A stretch of 64,000 nt of DNA. Source: Candidatus Obscuribacteraceae bacterium. GTDB taxonomy: Bacteria; Cyanobacteriota; Vampirovibrionia; Obscuribacterales; Obscuribacteraceae. Location: the NCBI GenBank assembly GCA_044226015.1, contig JBGAHS010000003.1, forward strand, positions 544,001 through 608,000. The letters run 5' to 3'. Made by a program: the position numbers and the translations under genes. How positions within the stretch are numbered: the first letter of the stretch is position 1; every line of letters starts with the position of its first letter. A model generated the notes under the pieces. That model made no database searches, had not been told where the DNA came from, and saw only the letters and a program-made list of their open reading frames with translations. Shown in pieces: positions 50,601-57,597 of this stretch.

Positions 50601-50925
50601 TCCAGGAGCAGGAGAATACATCGACAATGAACTTGATTGGATGCTGCGCGCGCTTGTGAAACACGCTGAATATAAACCCGCAGAAGAGCTGCTCAAGCGA
50701 ATTTTTGATATGCACGACAGAGACCTGAATGCATGCCTGTTGAAAGACATTGACTCATTTCCAACAGCTTTTGCAAAAGAACTCTTGCAGATAGCTGGAT
50801 CTGACGACGGGTGGCAGCGCTCCTACGTCGCGAAATGGGCGCTTGCACACAAAGATGAATTACAAATCCAGGAAGCAATAAAGGCGTCAAAGCTCACCGA
50901 AAAGAAGCTTCAGAAGTGGAGTTAG
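47647..50925 (+). CDS. Large acidic protein: MORN-like N-terminal repeats, possible SMI1/KNR4-like segment, helical-repeat C-terminus
   Basis: GMWQYWRSDGSL, DGTLERFHEDGSL, WFLEDG; AIKIGNFGDSD...IYHWSHET. Confidence 0.75.
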   Translation: MKEPVRPSGIPADAEWNSKEKEWQLGEKSPKKTKHPIGMWQYWRSDGSLCSIAHFDRDGRLDGTLERFHEDGSLAFSGVYKAGSRAGKFTYIQSKNPSSEYYPADENTWRYEFQSSNNWSESGLRWFLEDGRECTSRGKAVEEAYDLDEAFASFEPENFITKHGKEVKTALEIEDYPDASIRQIENLWGSQTEDLQLFLTCLKDTHSFEKRDSIREFEPDKNVWRELISHPRENWHEELASFFMGAIKIGNFGDSDGIYATLFCDRLEKPKANCIYHWSHETYYVDNVIAASRDDFAYRTALSLACEEERLSPEQAKKSWAKLRGKMDVDWAAAAGLEAAIESEDESENELDDEPDDELEDSSEDSSFSRDDFDADLDPKNSIRRFFWRSQWIIYLLADDENRRLQSMEEVFRKDFNLAIDEEKHKKMLSNAANLPLTGIYLIWRYFWFKQKDRLAETCAALENHWTRVVRDLVALMQEIENGSSSFYGIEDILKVRDEFLKLDLCPERESERSIEQAASLAKNEEKRQAVSKKAQDAIAKDKESLLELAWQNIEDSNSIDEIEKSARSLGDPLCWKALDWLDSRGFERDNADMKDEAINLAEELSKMPDADLLQPFAWSRINERYPVAEIFFQGFMRNRETLDKRLIPALVKTVQSADEYKFRNDLALRILNSMDACECADTCSKALNDFADSLDGASSSDLRTRMIPWEEFLISIANCIEAQAAELPEEQKMQLKNIINQIIQICYDAYSVNVAAAFAHALLAIGVKNVLHHVPKLINSGDDREKVSAIELVEKCFPALSKPAQKEFLLGFYNPDTDDCTISMVYQRTLHNIKEQNPDLEITDLQPIQHLLDSMDVYSYGTEGWQLWRTSLCKTVQNRPELSLDLIRDFLESPSYELRSAAECAFRTRGLEPVDTHVCTWMDVWKSLSEDSIEKSNQTLGELLCADSSRERSCIAGWFWSNPSQQNTDAICKALEKRIANYEVPGAGEYIDNELDWMLRALVKHAEYKPAEELLKRIFDMHDRDLNACLLKDIDSFPTAFAKELLQIAGSDDGWQRSYVAKWALAHKDELQIQEAIKASKLTEKKLQKWS

Positions 50926-50934
50926 CTCGCAAGA

Positions 50935-51822
50935 CTACGCTTCAAGCAAAGTTGAGGACCCAGCTTCCGTCGGACGAAACCAACTAGCAAGCTTCGCAGC
51001 GAGCCGTTTCAGCGGGTTAGAATATGCCTTATATTTCACGAATGCATCACGTAATATTCGGCGATGATCCGCCGCTAGCTGCATTCTCAGAGCATCAGCA
51101 AACGGAGATAAGATTACTTGAGCAGCATCATCACCAGCATTCAGTTCCTGAATATCAATAAATGGGAGAATAACAAGATAGCTGTGGTCAATCACTTGCC
51201 CTCTGTTATCGCGCTCTAGCTCAGACCGAACCGCAACCAAACTTAGCTGAGCGGGAGAGACGCTTAAGCCAGTTTCTTCTTTCAGCTCTCTGCATGCGCA
51301 TTCTTCCAAGGTTTCCATCAGAGGACGAAGAAAACCACCCGGAATTGCAAACATTCCTTTGAATGGCTCCGCGGCACGTTTGACCAGAAGAACTCTAGCA
51401 TCACTTTCACTCACAACAATCACGGATGCGGAGACTTCTGCCTTTGCATAGGGATAGAGAAACTGATTGCTTGAACGCAATAATGCAAGCGCGCCTTCGA
51501 TTCTAAGAAACTGATAGTTTTGTGATTCCAAACGGTCGAGTATTGCTTCCTGCGAAAGACGGGGATCTCTTGATTCAAAAGCATCCACGACAATCACTGC
51601 CCGGCGCCCAGCACGACGAATCTTCGCACAAGCGTCAAAAATTTCAGTACCGTTTGAAACACCTGCGACCAGCGTAATCTTTTCAGCAAGACTGGTTTCA
51701 TTTGCTGCTTGTTCAAGCTTGCTCAGCGCGTGAGACAGAGCAAAAGCATCATGGTCCGTCGAATCACCCAGGACACAAAGCTGAACCGGGGAAACCGCTG
51801 AATCGATCTTCGAATCAATCAT
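50935..51822 (-). CDS. NUDIX hydrolase (ADP-ribose pyrophosphatase/NrtR-like) with an extra N-terminal domain
   Basis: LLVKRAAEPFKGMFAIPGGF...E...RELKEETGL, RDNRG, AGDDA, LAADH. Confidence 0.88.
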   Translation of the reverse strand: MIDSKIDSAVSPVQLCVLGDSTDHDAFALSHALSKLEQAANETSLAEKITLVAGVSNGTEIFDACAKIRRAGRRAVIVVDAFESRDPRLSQEAILDRLESQNYQFLRIEGALALLRSSNQFLYPYAKAEVSASVIVVSESDARVLLVKRAAEPFKGMFAIPGGFLRPLMETLEECACRELKEETGLSVSPAQLSLVAVRSELERDNRGQVIDHSYLVILPFIDIQELNAGDDAAQVILSPFADALRMQLAADHRRILRDAFVKYKAYSNPLKRLAAKLASWFRPTEAGSSTLLEA

Positions 51823-52049
51823 TGATACCTTATAGTCTCCGCTTTCTCCACTTCTTCCATCCAGCTCTGAGGAACGGTAACAAGTGAACGACGCTCAATC
51901 ATTGCAAGTTCTTTCAAATCCCAAAGATCTTGAAAGTGCCTCATGCCACCGCGATTACCTGAATTTCTTGCCGCACCATAAAGGCGGTTTAGCTTTTCAC
52001 GTAATTTCGAGGTTTCAACCTCAACAAAAGGACTCTGTTCTTTATGCAT
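51819..52049 (-). CDS. Small hypothetical protein translationally coupled to the NUDIX gene
   Basis: ATGA stop/start overlap at 51819-51822; GGAG RBS. Confidence 0.65.
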   Translation of the reverse strand: MHKEQSPFVEVETSKLREKLNRLYGAARNSGNRGGMRHFQDLWDLKELAMIERRSLVTVPQSWMEEVEKAETIRYQ

Positions 52050-52375
52050 CAATTTACCGCTCCATCAGTAACCTTTCAGAGCTGTAATCTAATCGGTAGT
52101 TCGTGAAATTCTCGTGCTCTCAATTTCGTAAATTCCGTAGATTGCCTGCTGTCGTTTCGCATCGAGAAAGAGCTACTATGTAAGGTCGTACAACTAGCGA
52201 AGACAAAAATATTGAGGTCGAAGAAGTGGAACTCATATTTAGTGAGCTCAAAACCCAATGCGAGACGGGCACCTTGCAAATAGATGCAGGGCACCCGTCT
52301 CAACAAAAGATGGCTTGGTATTAGCTCAGAAGCTCACAGGATCCATACTGCGAGCAAGAGCTGCCACCATAACCA

Positions 52376-52618
52376 TTAGTGCCGATGAGGAGGCATCGGG
52401 CGAGGGATCGGCGGCATCGGCATCGGCATCCGATTGCGGCAGAAGGGATCGTAAGGGTCGAAGCGGCAGTCCGGGAAGGGGTTGCGGCAGGACGGGTCGT
52501 AGGGCTCGAAACGGCAGTCCGGCGCGGGGCGCGGATGCGGATATGGACGGGGACCGTTGGTCGCACAGCCGCTGAGAAGAATAGCTGCCATAGCAGCCAG
52601 AATAAGAGTCTTTTTCAT
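52376..52618 (-). CDS. Small Pro-rich lipoprotein with a duplicated two-Cys motif
   Basis: MKK + hydrophobic stretch + LSG/C lipobox; PDCRF[ED]PYDP[SF]CRN x2; AAGGA RBS. Confidence 0.85.
   Translation of the reverse strand: MKKTLILAAMAAILLSGCATNGPRPYPHPRPAPDCRFEPYDPSCRNPFPDCRFDPYDPFCRNRMPMPMPPIPRPMPPHRH
52431..52522 (-). repeat. 48-bp in-frame tandem duplication
   Basis: Encodes PDCRFEPYDPSCRNPF / PDCRFDPYDPFCRN. Confidence 0.85.
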
Positions 52619-53107
52619 AGTAAGTCCTTTCTATTTAGGGTTGCTTCAGCAAGCAAAAAGCCTGCCGGGTGACGTAAGACACCGTGTGTGCAGTTGCTGG
52701 TCGGTCGCTAACACGAACAACTTGAGCAGCTGAGACTGATTGTCTATTTCCAGGAAGGGGGGGATTGAGCCTGTAAATAAAGGAAGGAAACACACACCGT
52801 AAACCTGACAGTCAGCACCTGACAATATCAACAGTTTGTTCGTTCATCGTGTCTCGAAAGCCACATTTTTTGGAAGAATGGACATCAATAAAGTCCGGCC
52901 TAGCTCTGCGAGGACATGAAATAGACGGTGTCGGACTCCTCTTTTAAGAACTTCACACGCTTGCGCTAAGTCTTGGATCCCCTGGCTAGACATAGAGCCG
53001 TCACAAACAACGAGCCCAGCTTAAGCAAATCGCATGGAAGCACCGAGATTCGCCCTCTAAACTAATTTCCTGACCCACAGCCACAAAAGCATCCCAACCC
53101 ACAAATT

Positions 53108-54100
53108 ATGCTCAGAAAGAGCCTTATACTCTCTTCTCTACTGCAAATTTCCTTCGCCGCACAAAGCAGCTTTGCGGTGCCAGACCCAAAACCATTTTTA
53201 CTTCCTGAATTTCTTAGTGTGCCCTTTAGCGGCACAGATATGCCACCAGAGCTGACGCAGCAAGTAAAAGATGGCAAAGTCGATTTACGAAAGTTGGCGA
53301 TAACACTGGTTGAACGCAAACGACAATTCCAGGACAGATGGAAAAACGAAGATAACGAAGGCGAGATTCCTTGCAAGACATTTCCCGAGTCATGTGACGA
53401 CCTGGAAATCGTATCCTTTTTCCCAGAGCAGTACATCGACAGCCTCATTGAGCGCGGGCAATTGAACATGCATCAGACGGGCGAATCCCGCGGTTTGACC
53501 CAGAGAGAGCTGAGGGCAAAAGCAGAGAATTCGATGATTGGCATTCGCATGGAACCTGAAATAAATCAGGATCCCAAATCCATTCTTCAGTACTTACGAC
53601 CAAAGTATGGACTGGTCAACTTCAGCAAACCATGCGGTATCAAGGTGAATCCAAACCGCCTGCTGATTTATGGACAGGTGATCATTGTTTATGCCAACAG
53701 CGTAAAAATGCGCACCACTTACACTTATGGAGACAGCCTTTCCAGCTATTGCCACTACATAGCGGGTGACACCAAATTTTTCGTAGACCCGAAATCAATG
53801 CTTGAATTTGCACCGCCAGAGCATCGAGAGTCACGTGATGTACGTTATGTTGAAACTCAAACCTGGGGTCCTATCGATTTAAGCGACATCCAGGAATTCC
53901 GAATTCCTGCAGAAAGAAAAGATTTGCTCGAAAAGCTTAAACGAGCAGGAAAGCCGATTTACTCCTATTCGAGAGAGAACATTGAGAGCTGCGACTACCA
54001 CATGGACGAGTCTGAAATCGGCATTGGTAGGGGTGAGTTACTGTTCTCTGCCGATGGGCAGGCGGCGGCAAAAACTGACGAAGCAAAGTCAAAAAACTAA
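53108..54100 (+). CDS. Secreted DUF3626-like protein
   Basis: Signal peptide ending SFA; QTGESRG, RPKYGLVN, YG, RTTYTYGDS, YVETQTWGPIDLSDI match the DUF3626 motif order as I recall it. Confidence 0.7.
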   Translation: MLRKSLILSSLLQISFAAQSSFAVPDPKPFLLPEFLSVPFSGTDMPPELTQQVKDGKVDLRKLAITLVERKRQFQDRWKNEDNEGEIPCKTFPESCDDLEIVSFFPEQYIDSLIERGQLNMHQTGESRGLTQRELRAKAENSMIGIRMEPEINQDPKSILQYLRPKYGLVNFSKPCGIKVNPNRLLIYGQVIIVYANSVKMRTTYTYGDSLSSYCHYIAGDTKFFVDPKSMLEFAPPEHRESRDVRYVETQTWGPIDLSDIQEFRIPAERKDLLEKLKRAGKPIYSYSRENIESCDYHMDESEIGIGRGELLFSADGQAAAKTDEAKSKN

Positions 54101-54102
54101 CA

Positions 54103-55539
54103 CTACTTTTCGACAGTTATTTTGTCGATCTCTGCCCCATCATCTGTAACCTGTTTCAACTCAAGATTTTTTCCTTTCACCGACAAAACAGTGAAGCTGT
54201 TCTTTTCTGAATAAAACTTTCTGGTGTAGGGCTGCCATCGCGTTGTATCCGCCTGGATCTTCTGCGAAGCTGGCTCCAGTCCTCCTGCTCCAGAAATAAT
54301 ATAAATGATGCCGTCGGGATGCTTTTCACTAACGCCATCGAATTTCTTGTCTGATTTGACCTTACCGTATACATAACCCAGGTTCGATTCGGGATCGCTT
54401 ACCGCCTCGCTCTGAATTGTGAATCGCAGCGGAGCTGTTCTTTGATAACTGTTGCTGTGACCTGAGAACACCATGTCGACACCGTTGGCTTCAAAGAGAT
54501 CGCAGAGCCTCCTCATTTGCTGTTCCTCCCCATGAACAGGGTCAGAGCTAAAGCCGCTTTGATGCATCAAAACAAATTTCCAGGTCTTCTTGCTTCTGGA
54601 CAGATCTGCAGCAACCCAGCTGCGCCAATCCTTTCTGTTCAAATCAACGTACTTCCCACCGTCAAGAACCAACCAGTGTGTGTCACCCCAATCAAAAGAA
54701 AAGTTTGATTCGAGTGGATAATTTTGAGCAGCAGCCTTGCAAAAAGCCGCAATGTTTTCAGCTGCCCCCTTTACTTGCGGAAAGTTTGAATCATTGCTGG
54801 AGTAAGCCGCTGGACCGTTTAAGGGCTGCTGCCAGAATGCAAAATAAGCCAGATTACCGGGTGTTTGGTCGAGATTTCTGTTGTCGTTGTCGGGGTCAAA
54901 ACGGTCTGCCGACAGCTCTCGATCACCAGGACAAAGGACCGAGACAGCACTACTGCACAATTTATTCTTGCCTGAAAATTCATGAAAAAACTGCTTGATG
55001 TAGGCGTTCGAGCTGCTGAGCGGTTTGAGCAGGTCACCCGTAAACAGAATGGCAGATGGATCCGCCCCTTGAATTTGAGAGAGAAGCGATGCCAATTTGC
55101 CACCATATGCGACACTGCCAACAAGAGCAAACTTCGCCTGTTCATCCCGTGCCGGGCGAGGCTTTATCTGTCCTTGAAATAAAATGCCAGCCGCCTCACG
55201 AATCTTGTACTCGACCGCAAGAGAAGGCTTCAGCCCAGAGAGTTCCGCCACAAAAAGCTGCTTCCCCGGAAGAGAGGCATAAAGAGGCAGCTGCTTTAGC
55301 GAAGCAGCTCGGTAAGGTTCCTGACTCTGACGGTATTCCAGAAGAGGCTTGCTACTTGCAAATGGCGCAAACTCAACACAAAGATTTGACTCAGAGCCCG
55401 AAGCGCCGAGTTGAACTGTGGGCGGAATCAAAAATTTCAATTGCTGTGCTGGCTTGCCTGGTTCAGCAAGGGCAGAGACTGGAAAGATCAGGCAAGACAG
55501 ACAAGACAGAGCAACAAATTTAAAACCGGCTACGTGCAT
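54103..55539 (-). CDS. Secreted purple-acid-phosphatase-like metallophosphoesterase with degenerate metal motifs
   Basis: FN3-like AELSGLKP...Y, TGDL, FSFDWGDTHWLVLD, WKFVLMH, VDMVFSGHSNSYQR, YIISGAGG; GGAGG RBS. Confidence 0.85.
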   Translation of the reverse strand: MHVAGFKFVALSCLSCLIFPVSALAEPGKPAQQLKFLIPPTVQLGASGSESNLCVEFAPFASSKPLLEYRQSQEPYRAASLKQLPLYASLPGKQLFVAELSGLKPSLAVEYKIREAAGILFQGQIKPRPARDEQAKFALVGSVAYGGKLASLLSQIQGADPSAILFTGDLLKPLSSSNAYIKQFFHEFSGKNKLCSSAVSVLCPGDRELSADRFDPDNDNRNLDQTPGNLAYFAFWQQPLNGPAAYSSNDSNFPQVKGAAENIAAFCKAAAQNYPLESNFSFDWGDTHWLVLDGGKYVDLNRKDWRSWVAADLSRSKKTWKFVLMHQSGFSSDPVHGEEQQMRRLCDLFEANGVDMVFSGHSNSYQRTAPLRFTIQSEAVSDPESNLGYVYGKVKSDKKFDGVSEKHPDGIIYIISGAGGLEPASQKIQADTTRWQPYTRKFYSEKNSFTVLSVKGKNLELKQVTDDGAEIDKITVEK

Positions 55540-55602
55540 TTGGGACAGCCTCCCCACTGGCATCCTGCGCAACGGAGGGATTATAGCCTATTGGATACAA
55601 GC

Positions 55603-56181
55603 TTATTTCACAGGAGGCAACTCTTGCAATCGAATTCCGCCCATTGAGACACAGACAGAGCTTGAGCGAAACGGGGCAGCGCTGCTTTTGCGATATGCCA
55701 TAGCCCAAATTTTTACGTACCTGGAAGATTCTGCACCTGTCCAATTAACAGGAAATGCATGAATTCTGTCGGATGAGCTACCTAACAATCGTTCATGCCC
55801 AGCGGATTTTCCTGCGAAAGGACCATCAACGGGCTCTATGAAAATTTGAACTTTGTAAGCTTCAGGAGCATTGCAAAATATGGTTGCATCTTCAAAGACT
55901 CTATCCACTACCGCACTCCTAGCCAGCGGATCAATTCGCAACTTGATGCTCTCATCAATCTTAAGATAACGCTGAGGAGCAGAATTATTCGCCTGAGGCT
56001 TTGTTTCGGAGAAGTCAAAAAGATCCACATCAGGCTTTGTTTTGGGAACGCCTGGCGCCGCGACCGGACCATTCTTGTTGGAGTTATCAGCTGGTTTTGT
56101 TGGATCAGGCCCCGCAGCAAAAGCCATGTTCCACAAAACGGAACAGCCAAGAATTATTGCAGAGCAGTAGAACTTTCTCAT
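55603..56181 (-). CDS. Secreted hypothetical protein
   Basis: Signal peptide ending AFA; Pro-rich linker followed by a beta-rich domain. Confidence 0.7.
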   Translation of the reverse strand: MRKFYCSAIILGCSVLWNMAFAAGPDPTKPADNSNKNGPVAAPGVPKTKPDVDLFDFSETKPQANNSAPQRYLKIDESIKLRIDPLARSAVVDRVFEDATIFCNAPEAYKVQIFIEPVDGPFAGKSAGHERLLGSSSDRIHAFPVNWTGAESSRYVKIWAMAYRKSSAAPFRSSSVCVSMGGIRLQELPPVK

Positions 56182-56393
56182 TGCTTCGATTAAAACGGCA
56201 CATCAGAGCAAGCAAAAACGCCAAGTAGATTATTCCCAAAACGAAATCGAAGATACCGACCTCTGCTAATACTGGTATGGATTAGAAGATTCGGATTGCG
56301 GATTGCAAGAGCTACTACAATCACTCGTAGATAAACGAGAAAAAAATGAGAAAGAGAGATGGGGACTAGCCCCATCTCTCCTCCTCAGTTCGC

Positions 56394-57470
56394 CTAACAG
56401 CGAGCGCCGGCTTGCCGATAGCCTTCGAGAAGTTGCCGTTCGAGCTTCTTCCGCGTGGCTTCATCAACCGTGGCATATCGCAGCCCGGTCAAATTACAAC
56501 GCAAGAAGTCGTCGACGGTCCACCCGAAAGTGCGCGACAAAGCCATATACTCGTGCGTAGTCGTCGTTCCTGTCAGCAGGGTGCCATCCAGGTCAATATT
56601 GACGTTCTTGCCCTTTCGATACATGCGATCGATCGGGTGCTTTTTCGCGCTCTCCACGACATGCGTAACCAGATTGCTGGTCATGCACACCGTACAGAGC
56701 TTGTTCCTGGGGTCACCGTGGATAGCGTGACCAAGTTCACAGCAGCCGATTGCATCGAGCGCCGCGTGGTCGGCATCAGTGATAGCATTCGCCTCACCAA
56801 TGTGACAGGTCACCTGCTTTCCTGCTGCTGAAACCCGCATCGCTTGTCGCGCCCACCAGGCTGGCACACCAGGAAACTTGGACTCGTCACCCGCCAGGTC
56901 AAACGTTGTGACCAGCGGATTTTTGAGAACAGTATTTGCAAGGTGATAAGCCATACGCCCATTTTCATGGCGAAGAGCGCAGACAGCAAGCCGCACAGGA
57001 ATTGAAGCCTCAGACGCAGCCTGCTGCAACGGGTCGATGACCTGTTGCAGACTGAGCCCGTTGCGGCGATGCAATTGCGGTGCGAAGCGAAGCTTCAGGA
57101 AGATCATACCGTCAGCGACAGCATCTTCGACACGTTCTTTGGCGGTCTTGTAGATGTCGTCCTGCGTCTGTAGAGTAGGCAGCACCTGCTCCCAGAGAAT
57201 CTCGAGGTAGTTGGTCAGGGAGTGTTTGGCATGCTCTCCCAACCAGGTCTGGTAGCGAGTGGCAGCCGCTGCTTGCAGCGCCGCATCAGTGCCAGCCGCA
57301 ACCCACATGTCTTTGAATTCCTGCGGAATCGCAAGGTTCTCAGCCGTGCCTCGTCCGAGCACATGTGTGGGTCGAATCGAGCAATCATAATGCTCGTGAA
57401 GAACGATTTTCGGCAAGCGTTGCGCCTGCTCGAAACTAAGCCGATGGCGGCCCGACTTTGATGCTTTCAT
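56394..57470 (-). CDS. Adenosine deaminase-like amidohydrolase (divergent)
   Basis: LPKIVLHEHYDCS, LRFAPQLH, FDLAGDE, HIGE, GH, CMTSN, LDG; GAGG RBS. Confidence 0.88.
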   Translation of the reverse strand: MKASKSGRHRLSFEQAQRLPKIVLHEHYDCSIRPTHVLGRGTAENLAIPQEFKDMWVAAGTDAALQAAAATRYQTWLGEHAKHSLTNYLEILWEQVLPTLQTQDDIYKTAKERVEDAVADGMIFLKLRFAPQLHRRNGLSLQQVIDPLQQAASEASIPVRLAVCALRHENGRMAYHLANTVLKNPLVTTFDLAGDESKFPGVPAWWARQAMRVSAAGKQVTCHIGEANAITDADHAALDAIGCCELGHAIHGDPRNKLCTVCMTSNLVTHVVESAKKHPIDRMYRKGKNVNIDLDGTLLTGTTTTHEYMALSRTFGWTVDDFLRCNLTGLRYATVDEATRKKLERQLLEGYRQAGARC

Positions 57471-57512
57471 TTGCACCTCTTTTTGCTTATTGTGGCCAGC
57501 TCGGGCTGGCAT

Positions 57513-57548
57513 AAAAGGTGGAGGCTAGCATCCGTGCCAGCCTCCACC
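57513..57548 (-). terminator. Hairpin plus U4 between fadJ and the deaminase gene
   Basis: ggtggaggctggca-cgga-tgctagcctccacc followed by tttta on the minus strand. Confidence 0.7.
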
Positions 57549-57597
57549 AGAATCAACAAACGAAGTGACACCATATCTGGAGCCACTTAGTCTGTCC

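Noticed and set aside
54381..54392. tRNA T-loop-like ggttcgattc
   Set aside because: Inside a CDS with no cloverleaf context
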